IMG/VR virus record: IMGVR_UViG_3300015078_000001
Location: 18,468-82,467 of that record
DNA: 64,000 bases
From: a virus
Reading direction: 5' to 3' (one strand)
A model generated the notes under the pieces. It ran no database searches. It was not told where the DNA came from and saw only the letters and a list, made by a program, of their open reading frames with translations. A program made the translations under genes and the position numbers. Within the stretch, counting starts at the first letter, position 1; every line of letters begins with the position of its first letter. Below, piece after piece: positions 51,912 through 61,511 of this stretch.

Positions 51912-52546
51912 ATTTTTAATGGAGAAGTAAATGATCTTTAATGAAGATACTCTTACTAAATATAACAAAGCCATCAATGAATATAGAAATAGAATAAGGA
52001 GAAATGATATGGGCGGGTGTATAGATTTAGAGGATATACCGTTTGGGTATATATCCGATGAGAAACTTCCCTGCGGGTGTCGTAAACCGTGGGCAGTACC
52101 TAACATACAATGTGTACTAAATAAACCGTTAATGATGGTGATTCCTCCGGATGGAGCTCATCTTTCATGCCCTGCTCATGCCGAAGGGCATCATGTATTT
52201 GGTAGTCAGGTGACTTATTAAATGAGTAAAGCCCGTAGACGTACACACATTCGATTTACAAAACAAGAAACCATAGTACACAGATTTGATCTATACCCAC
52301 AGGTTAACAAGTATTCTAGTAGTGTTGGCCCAGTCTTATCAGGCCTCCAGCATTCAGCAAAACATGAAAAAGAAGAAGAATATAAAGCTTTTAGAAAGTG
52401 TAATGAGATAGTATACTCCTTCTATAAAGAATCTTTGATGTCTCAGAAACCTCCACAAGAGTCAGCCTTTGACGAACAACTTCGTCATAATGACAGTGTA
52501 CATGCTTTGAAAGAAATGTATAAACGTTTTACAAGGGAGTCATTAG

Positions 52547-53689
52547 GTGTCTGAAAAACCATTAAGTCATCAGGTAAAAGTAGTAAGAGTTCCTGCGCCG
52601 AGAATCCATTCAAATGCAGATAGCTTGGAAATCCTGGACACGCTTGGATTCCAAACTGTAGTAAGAAAGGGAGAGTACAAAGAAGGCGATCTAGCATTTT
52701 TTGTTTGCCCCGATTCTATAATTCCGCCGGATAAATATCAGTTCTCTTTTCTTTGGGATGGAAAAACTGCTCCAGGAGAAGATATTCCTGTAAAATATCG
52801 AAGAATAAGGGCCGTAAGATTGCGTTCTGTTTGGTCTGAAGGCTTACTAATGCCGGTTAAGTCTTTTCCAGAATTGAAAGATTGTAAAGTAAATGACAAT
52901 GTATCAGATATATTAAATATCCAACACTACCAACCGCCCGATCCCGAAGATATGAAAGGTCAGAACGAACGTGGGCCTAAACGTCATCTTCCTAAGACAT
53001 TTAAAGGCTGGTGCTTCTATATATACTGGAATATAATTGGTAGACTAGGGTTTTCTACTCCTTTACAAGGTAGTAATGAGAAAGGGCCGAAGAACGGAAA
53101 ACCGTATTACGATATTGACAATGGAAAGCACTTCCCGGATGTATTTCAAGAAGGGGAACAGGTAGTAATTACAGAGAAGCTCCACGGTTGTCAGGGAAAA
53201 TATGTATACCAGGATGGTAAAATGTACGCAGGTTCTCGTAACTATTGGAAGAGTAAGAATAGTACCTGTGTATGGAGAAAGACTTTAGCACAAAATAGCT
53301 GGATAGAAGATTGGTGTAAAAAGAACGAAGGACTTACGCTTTATGGAGAAATTGTGCCTGTACAGGGTCAAAACTTCATGTACGGTTGTAAGCCCGGAGA
53401 ATTAAAGTTCTTTGTGTTTGATATACTGAAATTTAATCATACGTGGGTTAGTAAGAAAGATACCGAACCTAATGATTTCTTCGGCTTACTGAATCATTGG
53501 GTTCCGATATTATACATAGGTGAATATGTTAAAGAAGAAGTGAAGAAACTAGTAGAGGGTAAAAGTACTCTCGATAAAAACACCGTTCGAGAAGGTATTG
53601 TTATTACGAGTTACGAAGAAGAACATGTACGGGGTTTGGGAAGAAAGATTTTGAAGCTAATTTCGAACGACTATTTATCTAAAAATTAA
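52547..53689 (+). CDS. RNA ligase (DRB0094/Rnl2-like family)
   Basis: HSNADSLE...VVRKGEYKEGDL OB-like N-terminus; TEKLHG, YGEIV, FVFDI and REGIVI. Confidence 0.88.
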   Translation: MSEKPLSHQVKVVRVPAPRIHSNADSLEILDTLGFQTVVRKGEYKEGDLAFFVCPDSIIPPDKYQFSFLWDGKTAPGEDIPVKYRRIRAVRLRSVWSEGLLMPVKSFPELKDCKVNDNVSDILNIQHYQPPDPEDMKGQNERGPKRHLPKTFKGWCFYIYWNIIGRLGFSTPLQGSNEKGPKNGKPYYDIDNGKHFPDVFQEGEQVVITEKLHGCQGKYVYQDGKMYAGSRNYWKSKNSTCVWRKTLAQNSWIEDWCKKNEGLTLYGEIVPVQGQNFMYGCKPGELKFFVFDILKFNHTWVSKKDTEPNDFFGLLNHWVPILYIGEYVKEEVKKLVEGKSTLDKNTVREGIVITSYEEEHVRGLGRKILKLISNDYLSKN

Positions 53690-54019
53690 TCTTGCCGATG
53701 TCCGGAAAATGGACATCGTGGAGGATTATGAAAACCAATGGAACTTGAATATTTAGTATTGACAAAAGACGAAGCCTGTGATATTCTGAACGGTGATAGC
53801 GAATACAAATCCATTTTGGAAGAATTTATAGGCAATGGCAGATGGTCTCTACATTATAGACTGGTATTCGAAAAAGATGGTATGTTTTACGAGACTAGTT
53901 ATAGCCGTGGTGCAACAGAAAGTCAGGACGAACAGCCGTTTGAATACCAAGATGAAGTAAAATGTAAGAGAGTTTACCCGTACCAGAAAACAACAACTGA
54001 TTACAAATAAGGAGAACAT

Positions 54020-54865
54020 TTGTCAGAATTACCCGTTATACAAGTAGATAAAGGAATTGCAGAACCTACGTTTACACCTAACATAGATATCACCATGTCG
54101 TCTGGTATAGGAAAGCTTTCAGCAGCTATTGCTAAAGCAAGACCGAACTTTGACGCTATTAAAAAGAATCAGACTAACCCCTTTTATCATAAGAAATATA
54201 GCGATATTTCTGAGTTGATAGGTGCTACCGCTTTGCCGTTAGCTGAACAAGAAGTAACTATCTTTCAGTTTCCCGGTAAAGTAATAGGAAAAGATGTCTT
54301 CGTAACTACTATTGTCGCTCATTCATCCGGAGAGTTCATCCAGTCTATTGCGTCGGGGCCAGGAGAACAAAAGAACAAAGACGGCAATAAGTTTGATATG
54401 CAGACGGTGGGCATTGCTATTACGTATCTTCGCCGGTATTCTCTTGGGGCTATGTTGAATGTAGCTGCGGACGACGACGATGCCAATGGTCTGGCAACTA
54501 ATAGAGCAGAACCCGCTAAGTCTGTCATTCTGCCTACTATACAACAGGCTCGTATAGACGGCCCTAAAGGCGGGGCTTTAACAGCAACCGGGGTATCTTC
54601 TACTGAAGCACCTAAAGCTATTCCCGAGAAAGAAGAGAACCCGCTTCCTACTCCTGAACAGCGTACTCAGTTGTTTGATAGAATTAAGGCTTTGAAATTA
54701 GACGGAAGAGTAGTCAAAGGCCATATCCTCAGAGCTACAGGTAAAGCTTTCACCGAAGTTCCGTTTAAGGAATTTGAAGAATTAGTCCAGAAAATGGAAA
54801 AGACCGCAGAACAAGGCCAGGAAGCAATCCAGGAACTTGTAAGTAAGAAAGATGAAAAAGATTAG
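54020..54865 (+). CDS. erf: ERF-family ssDNA annealing protein
   Basis: KKNQTNPFYHKKYS, HSSGEFI and ITYLRRYSL..M..ADDDDAN. Confidence 0.88.
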   Translation: MSELPVIQVDKGIAEPTFTPNIDITMSSGIGKLSAAIAKARPNFDAIKKNQTNPFYHKKYSDISELIGATALPLAEQEVTIFQFPGKVIGKDVFVTTIVAHSSGEFIQSIASGPGEQKNKDGNKFDMQTVGIAITYLRRYSLGAMLNVAADDDDANGLATNRAEPAKSVILPTIQQARIDGPKGGALTATGVSSTEAPKAIPEKEENPLPTPEQRTQLFDRIKALKLDGRVVKGHILRATGKAFTEVPFKEFEELVQKMEKTAEQGQEAIQELVSKKDEKD

Positions 54866-55255
54866 GTAGTATACTGCCTAGCAAGCTGGTGGCCTGTAAA
54901 TATACAAATAGCGGGGGAATAGACCTTGTTCTAAGCACCACCAGCTTTTTAATTTTGTCCGGAAAATGGACATGAAAGGAACATATGGGAACTTTATTGT
55001 CTCCGGCATGTACAGAAGAACTACATTTAGCTTGCTCAGGAGAATGTGACGAAGATGAGTATACCAATTCATTGACAGGTTTAGCGGAAGCTTGCGAATG
55101 TAAATGCCATTGGCCGAGGAGAGAAGACTAAATGACTACCGAAATCTGCCATTTTTACTACACTCATATGTCGTGTTTTATGATTGGATTTGTTGGTGGT
55201 TTGATTATTTTTAACGGAGTAGATTTTGTAAAGTATTTACTTTGGAAAAGGAAAC

Positions 55256-56200
55256 ATGCCAGGATTTAAAGCAAAAACTATAAAAAGTATAATTCGACGT
55301 AAAATAGATCAATGGCTGGAAACGATAGAAGATATTCCGCTACGAGAACAAGTATCTAAAAATGTCATAGTTACAGGCGGCAGTATTACTTCTATGCTAC
55401 TAGGTGAAGAAGTAAATGACTATGATTTGTATCTGCGAACACATGATTCAGCTTTAAACTTAGCTAAATATTATGTAGAGAAGTTTAAACTCAGAAAACA
55501 AAACGGTATTGACTGTCCTATGTTTATAGAAGACAAAGACGGTCGTATTAAGATAGTTGTTAAATCGGCGGGTATCGCTAATTCAGAAGGAACAACCAAG
55601 CCTTATGAATACTTTGAGGGTTCGCCGGATGAACATGCTGCTGCATATGTCGGGGAAGTATTAACCGATCCGGAAAAGATAGAAGATGTTTATCAGGAAA
55701 CAGAAGAAAAAGCACTGAAAACTACGGATGAATTTAAATATAAACCTGTGTTTTTGACATCTAACGCTATTACTCTTAGTGATAAAATACAGATTATAGT
55801 CAGATTTTATGGTGAACCGGATCAGATACATGAGAACTACGATTTTGTACACTGCACTTGTTACTGGACTAGCTGGAATAATCAGTTAGTACTACGTCCA
55901 GAAGCATTAGAAGCTATGTTGTGTAAAGAATTGAAATACGTGGGCAGCAAATATCCGCTTTGTTCGATAGTTCGGTTACGTAAGTTTATACAACGTGGCT
56001 GGAAAATTAACGCGGGGCAGATACTTAAGATGTGTATGCAGCTAAGTCAACTGGATTTAACTAATCTTTCTGTACTAGAAGATCAGTTAACAGGCGTTGA
56101 TACCGCTTTCTTTTTGCAATTGATAGATAAATTGAAAGAGAAAGACCCTGAGAAAGTAAATGCAGCGTATTTAATTGAAATTGTTGATAGGATATTCTGA
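55256..56200 (+). CDS. Nucleotidyltransferase-fold protein
   Basis: VTGGSITSML...DYDLY, YDFVHC and RLRKFIQRGW. Confidence 0.6.
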   Translation: MPGFKAKTIKSIIRRKIDQWLETIEDIPLREQVSKNVIVTGGSITSMLLGEEVNDYDLYLRTHDSALNLAKYYVEKFKLRKQNGIDCPMFIEDKDGRIKIVVKSAGIANSEGTTKPYEYFEGSPDEHAAAYVGEVLTDPEKIEDVYQETEEKALKTTDEFKYKPVFLTSNAITLSDKIQIIVRFYGEPDQIHENYDFVHCTCYWTSWNNQLVLRPEALEAMLCKELKYVGSKYPLCSIVRLRKFIQRGWKINAGQILKMCMQLSQLDLTNLSVLEDQLTGVDTAFFLQLIDKLKEKDPEKVNAAYLIEIVDRIF

Positions 56201-56377
56201 TGAATATTTTTTGTAAAGTAGGCATACATTTCTGGGATAAAATATTTATAGACTATATACCTTATAACGACTGTAGGCAGTGTATTATGTGCAGTAATAT
56301 AGAAGTATTTGTACCTATTATAGGGTGGATGTCAGAATCAGAATCAGAACAATACGAACCGGAATAAAAGGAGAATA

Positions 56378-56779
56378 ATGAGTAAGAGTATTAATGTAGT
56401 AATTTTATCAGGTAATTTGGGCAAAGATGTTGAAGTGCGTTATACCCAAAGCGGAAAGGCTGTAGGAACATTTAGTCTTGCAGTTAACTCTTCTGCTAAA
56501 GATTCGTCAGGTAACTGGGCGGATAAGACCGATTGGTTTAATATACTAGCCTGGGATAAATTAGCAGAACTTGCACAACAATATCTAACTAAGGGTAGTA
56601 AGGTATCTGTACAAGGTCGATTGAGCAATTCCTCCTGGGAGGATAAGCAGACGGGAGAAAAGAAATATCGTACAGAAATCGTAGCCTCGGATATTATCTT
56701 TCTCGATAGTAAAGGAGATTCTAAAAGTACAGCAAGTAATAGTTCTACCGCAGAAGAAGACCAAGAGTTGCCATTCTAG
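56378..56779 (+). CDS. ssb: Single-stranded DNA-binding protein
   Basis: INVVILSGNLGKDVEVRYT, KGSKVSVQGRL and acidic ELPF tail. Confidence 0.95.
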   Translation: MSKSINVVILSGNLGKDVEVRYTQSGKAVGTFSLAVNSSAKDSSGNWADKTDWFNILAWDKLAELAQQYLTKGSKVSVQGRLSNSSWEDKQTGEKKYRTEIVASDIIFLDSKGDSKSTASNSSTAEEDQELPF

Positions 56780-56841
56780 TGTAATAGTAATACCGTTTAT
56801 AAGTAGTACAGATTTACCAAATATAATACACAAGGAGAATT

Positions 56842-57341
56842 ATGAGTTCTAAAAAGAAGAATGTTTTGAATATCGAAAAGGAAGTTTTGCCTGTCGAACC
56901 TATAACCATTAAGAATACTATCGTCTTTACTTTTGAACCTGATGATGAAGATGGTGTTAATCTTATGGGTACCGGATGCGGAGATACTTGGTATCTGTTG
57001 AACTTTAAAACAGATGGAACTGTGCGTAAATACTCTAGTATTCCGGGAGAACTTGGATTTAATTTAGATGGATTTGGTAACTTAATTATAGAAGAGGAAG
57101 AATAATGGCGACTAAGAAAAGTGAAATCGTTCTGAATGTCGAAACAATCACAACTAATAAACTTACTTTCAAACTAGAGAAAGAGTATAATGAAGTAATG
57201 CTTAGAGTAACAAACAGTGACGGAGATGAATTTACACTGATTGAGTTTGGTTCTGACGGCACTGCTACTACATGGGGTGGCTTGCCCGCTACATTAGGTC
57301 TTAAGATAGATAAGGAAGGAAATTTGCTTCTTAATAAATAA
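56842..57341 (+). CDS. Tandem pair of paralogous small proteins (56842-57105, 57105-57341)
   Basis: Both have FxxDGT...P..LGxxxDxxGNL. Confidence 0.6.
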
Positions 57342-57952
57342 TGGTAAAACAATTAATTGTATTTTTGTTGATTGGTACTTCTTTTGTTGGCGGTGTATCG
57401 AGGCATGTAAAACCTCGGCACCGCTGGCATTATACTTCCATAATAGCCGGTAGTCATGAAAGCATGGATATACAGAATAGAGAAATAGATAAGCTTCAAC
57501 TACCGAGAATATCCGATGATAATCAGTTACACAGTTTGGAATCGCAGGGCGAATTAGTTCGTATCTCCAGTAAGGTTGAAGTAGCTACCAACCTTCGGGA
57601 TGATCGGAAGTATCTCCGGCCCTGGGCAGAGTTGTTCCTGGAAGACATGGCGTATGAATTTTCTAGTAAGTGGAATATTCGGTTAAGAGTAAACTCCGCA
57701 GTCAGAACTATGGAACAGCAACATGAACTTCGTAAACATAATAAATATGCCGCACCTGAATCAAGAAGCTCTCACTTAGCGGGTATTACTTTTGATCTTA
57801 GTAAGAAATATAACAAGAACCAGAGAAAATGGATAGTTAATTATCTGTATAATATGCGGCAAAAAGGTTATATTACTGTCGCCGAAGAACCAAATTGTTA
57901 CCATATAGTAGTCTTCGAAAGGTACAATGAAATACTTAGTTCTAAGCTATAA
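57341..57952 (+). CDS. Secreted M15-like (DUF5715-like) zinc peptidase
   Basis: Signal peptide; VNSAVRT, SSHLAGITFD, EEPNCYHI. Confidence 0.7.
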   Translation: MVKQLIVFLLIGTSFVGGVSRHVKPRHRWHYTSIIAGSHESMDIQNREIDKLQLPRISDDNQLHSLESQGELVRISSKVEVATNLRDDRKYLRPWAELFLEDMAYEFSSKWNIRLRVNSAVRTMEQQHELRKHNKYAAPESRSSHLAGITFDLSKKYNKNQRKWIVNYLYNMRQKGYITVAEEPNCYHIVVFERYNEILSSKL

Positions 57953-58090
57953 ATTAGAGGCTGGTAATATAAATAAACACACTAAAGAATTTAAAACGTA
58001 TGAAAAAGCTAAACCTTATTTTGAGTCAGAATGCGCTGACGAAAGTAATACCCATGTCCAGTTAATGGACGTGATTGAGGAGAAAAATAA

Positions 58091-59046
58091 ATGAGTAAAA
58101 CTCCTGTTTTAGATAAATTTAGGCTGCACCCATTTGGCGGATATTGTACATGCTTCTCCAGCCCGTACTCCGAGTGTCGTATATGCAAAGCTTCTGCGGA
58201 ATCTGTAAAACGTTGGAAGGAGTTATCGCCGAAAAACCGAGCCAAAGCTATAGAAGAAATGGATGAAGCTTACCCACGAACCTCAAACCAAGATGGGAGA
58301 TAGTATGATCCGAAAATTTAATGTTATTTGTCAGGTAGATATACCCGTAGAAATAGATGATTCAGATATAACTGAAGATGAAAGTATAGAAGATATTGCC
58401 GTAAATGAGGCAATAAATGAATTGTATATGTTTAATGATGTGGTAGCTAATAGTGTAGGGGAGATATAATGGGATACATAACTAGCTATTCGTTAAAGAT
58501 TTGCAGGAAAGATCAATCAAATATCGGCCACAATTTAGCTGAAGAAGTTATTGAACTACTTAGAAAACAAGATAGTCCTAGATACGCGCTAACCGAATGC
58601 GGGGATATTAAGAACTCTTGTACATGGTACGACCACGAAGAAGATTTAATTAAATTTTCTAAGTACCATCCCGATTTATTATTTACTCTTAGCGGAGAAG
58701 GTGAGGAAGCGGGAGATATCTGGAAGAAATATTTTATAAACGGTAAAGTACAAGTAGAAAAAGCACAGATAACTATAAAAGAATTTAATCCTAAATATTT
58801 TAAGGACGTATAATGGATATAAAGAAAACTCTGGATAATATTATATCTGATAAAAGAATATCTCTATTATGCGCCATAGAACAGGGTTTTTATATAGGTG
58901 ATAACCATCCCTGGAACGATACTTTATTAGATATGGAGAAGAATGGTCTTATTGAAAAAGTATGGGAATACGAAATAACCAAAGAAGGCTACCAGGTTAT
59001 GAGAAATGCTGGACTAAGTGTATTAGAATTAGAGGATGCTGAATGA
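58091..59046 (+). CDS. Cluster of small hypothetical genes
   Basis: ORF track, translationally coupled. Confidence 0.55.
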
Positions 59047-60038
59047 AACCTGGCTTATATACAAATATACTCGAAGAACAATACCATGCCGATGAAGCGG
59101 TATCTAGCCACGGTCTAAAGGCTCTATCCCGTAGTCCGCTACACTACTGGGCTTATTATAAGAATCCTGAAAGACCGCCTCAGAAGGAAACTCCCGCTCT
59201 CAAGATAGGTTCGGCTATCCATAAAGCCATCTTAGAACCCGATAAATTCGAAAAAGAGTACGTACAAGAGCCGCAACTTACTGATTACAAAGGAGTTCTG
59301 GATAAATTAGAGGATTATAAGGAAAGAGCTAAGACACTAGGTTTGCCTGTTTCAGGAACGAAGGGAGTGTTAAAGTCTAAAATCCTACAGGCAGAAACGC
59401 TCCAGGATGCCCCAGGAAGCGTTTTCTGGGATGACATAGTGGGTACCATCACCCAGGGTCGTATCAGCCTCTCTAAAGCCGAATACAGAGCATGTAGGGG
59501 TATCTCTTATCGCGTTCATAAGCATCCTGCGGCTAGTAAGATATTTTCATACGGTACTCCCGAAACGTCCATTTTCTGGACAGACCCTGATACAGGTGTC
59601 AGTTGTCGTGGTAGAATAGACTGGATGCAACCCGATACTGAATATGTTGATTACCGTACTATAGTAGATATTAAATCTACTCAGAACGCTAGTCCTGAAT
59701 CTTTCCAAAGAGATGTATTTAAGTACGGGTACCATATACAGGCTGCTATGTATTGGGATGGTATGACAGCTTTAGGATATTATCCCCAAAGCTTTGTATT
59801 CTCTGCATGGGAAAAGAAACCGCCTTTTGCTACCGCTCTTTACTATATGACAGAAGAGTTATTAGAAGCTGGTAGGAAAGAATATAAGAAGTTACTCAAA
59901 ATATATGCCGAATGTCTAAAGACTGATACCTGGCCTGGGTATAGTAATAGTATAGAGCCTTTACTATTACCTGACTGGTATGGTAAAACTGAGATATCAG
60001 AGGAAGTAGAGAGCGATGACTGGTTATCTGAACTGTAA
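59043..60038 (+). CDS. RecE/exonuclease VIII-like PD-(D/E)XK nuclease with SAP-like insertion
   Basis: GSAIHKAILEP, ETSIFWTD, CRGRIDW, IVDIKST and YHIQAAMY. Confidence 0.88.
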   Translation: MKPGLYTNILEEQYHADEAVSSHGLKALSRSPLHYWAYYKNPERPPQKETPALKIGSAIHKAILEPDKFEKEYVQEPQLTDYKGVLDKLEDYKERAKTLGLPVSGTKGVLKSKILQAETLQDAPGSVFWDDIVGTITQGRISLSKAEYRACRGISYRVHKHPAASKIFSYGTPETSIFWTDPDTGVSCRGRIDWMQPDTEYVDYRTIVDIKSTQNASPESFQRDVFKYGYHIQAAMYWDGMTALGYYPQSFVFSAWEKKPPFATALYYMTEELLEAGRKEYKKLLKIYAECLKTDTWPGYSNSIEPLLLPDWYGKTEISEEVESDDWLSEL

Positions 60039-60151
60039 GCATAAATGGTTTGATCTGGCAGAACCGATACAAGGTAAGTACGCAAGGGTTTGTCTATCTT
60101 GTAACTGGTATCAGTATAGAGATGATTTAAGTATTATATGGAAGGATTTTA

Positions 60152-61402
60152 GTGGAAGAGATTAAAAACACAAAGAAAGATATAGATCAGATAATTCTTG
60201 GAAAGAGGATTATAGGATTTCATAAGATATTTGCCGACATAACAGGGAATATTAATTCAGCTTTATTCCTATCTCAGGCATACTTCTGGAGCGATAAAGG
60301 TAAGAAAAAGAAGGGGTGGTTCTATAAAACCCAAAAAGACTGGAACGATGAAACAGGGTTAACTCGATATCAGCAGGAATACTGCCGTAAAGTCCTTCGA
60401 GAAAAGGGAATTCTTCTTGAGAAGAAAGAAGGGAATCCGTATCAGTTATTCTTCAAAATAGATTTTGATCGAGTCAGGCAGTTGATTTTAGAGGTAGAAG
60501 AAACCGAGGACGAAGAGGAAACCGATGAAAACTCCGATACGACAGGCCTAGGTTGCAGCCCAACCCCTAGCCTAGACAGTCGAGAAACTAGCAAGGCCTT
60601 TGCAGACGAACCCCTGCCTGAGGGTGCAGGCGAACCCCTTACTCTATATACAGAGAGTACCAGAGAAAAAGCAGAGAACACTCTCATAAAGCCCAAGACG
60701 AGTTCAAAATCTATTTTGCCTGTATGTCCGGAAAATGGACATGAGCCTATTCTCAACAACGGGGTTTCTACTCAAGACAAGCAAAAAGCGTTTAGTACAT
60801 TTACTCCCGCTGTATCGCAGAAGGAACTCATACCGGCAAAGCTCTTCCCTCGTATCTGTAGAGAGAAAGGTCTTACTATAGAATCAGATAAGTTCTGGAA
60901 AGATGATATAAAGAAACTTACCTTAGCTTATGGGGGTACTAGTGTAGTAGATGCATTCCAAAGATGGGTAGATATACAAGTAGGAGATATAAAGTATCCT
61001 GTAGGTAAGTTCTGTAAAGTAGCTTCTTCTTATATCCAAAACTTAACAGAAGCTAAGAAAGAACATCCTGATCTTCAGGCTTTATGTATTTCCCTATACA
61101 AGCTAGGTGATAATCCTTTTACAGGAAAGTATAAATCTTTTCTTAATACTTTATTAGACAGTTATAAGTTTCAGGAAATAGAAAAAGCTTATAAAGACTT
61201 TATCAACGGTAAAGATGATTATGATATGAAGTTTGCAGCTAAGAACTTTACAGAAGGTGCTGCTGAAACTATTATACTTACTAACAGGGAAGAATCAGAA
61301 CGCAAACGTTTACAACTATACCAAATGAATGAGGCTGCTAGGATGGAAAGAGAAGCTATAGAATCTGAACCTATACCTGAAACAGTAAAGGAGGAGTTAT
61401 GA
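60152..61402 (+). CDS. Phage replication initiator (N-terminal wHTH)
   Basis: ALFLSQAYFW...GWFYKTQKDW.DETGLTRYQQ pattern followed by an acidic linker. Confidence 0.7.
   Translation: MEEIKNTKKDIDQIILGKRIIGFHKIFADITGNINSALFLSQAYFWSDKGKKKKGWFYKTQKDWNDETGLTRYQQEYCRKVLREKGILLEKKEGNPYQLFFKIDFDRVRQLILEVEETEDEEETDENSDTTGLGCSPTPSLDSRETSKAFADEPLPEGAGEPLTLYTESTREKAENTLIKPKTSSKSILPVCPENGHEPILNNGVSTQDKQKAFSTFTPAVSQKELIPAKLFPRICREKGLTIESDKFWKDDIKKLTLAYGGTSVVDAFQRWVDIQVGDIKYPVGKFCKVASSYIQNLTEAKKEHPDLQALCISLYKLGDNPFTGKYKSFLNTLLDSYKFQEIEKAYKDFINGKDDYDMKFAAKNFTEGAAETIILTNREESERKRLQLYQMNEAARMEREAIESEPIPETVKEEL
60554..60639 (+). repeat. Three iteron-like repeats TGCAGnnnAACCCCT
   Basis: 60554-60568, 60601-60615 and 60625-60639. 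Confidence 0.7.
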
Positions 61403-61461
61403 TTAAGTTTATAAAAAATCTTGATCCTTTTGTACAGGGGGTGTTAACCGGGTCTATAACT

Positions 61462-61490
61462 TTGATACTTAGCACAGTAATTAGTATAAT
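61462..61490 (+). promoter_or_regulatory. sigma70-type promoter
   Basis: TTGATA-17 nt-TATAAT. Confidence 0.7.
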
Positions 61491-61511
61491 AATTTGTCAA
61501 TGGTTACTAAA

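Larger units (their letters stand above)
27302..53727 (+). promoter_or_regulatory. Family A junction hairpins (TCYT-RC-[stem-loop]-N-GG-AGGA), 18 copies
   Basis: Start near 27302, 27721, 28003, 28418, 28866, 29400, 29778, 31116, 31437, 32728, 33716, 33910, 35364, 39894, 40200, 41111, 46012 and 53687. Confidence 0.85.

Noticed and set aside
27302-53727. Junction hairpins as integron attC cassette sites
   Set aside because: No GTTRRRY/RYYYAAC boxes, no integrase in the window, and tetraloops plus G-U pairs indicate RNA-level structure. Not fully excluded as recombination hotspots.
27302-53727. Junction hairpins as intrinsic terminators
   Set aside because: None is followed by a U-tract; each is followed by an SD and a start codon.
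54784-54799. AGTCCAGAAAATGGAA as a 38th dyad
   Set aside because: The right arm breaks the GGAC core; kept only as a near-match.
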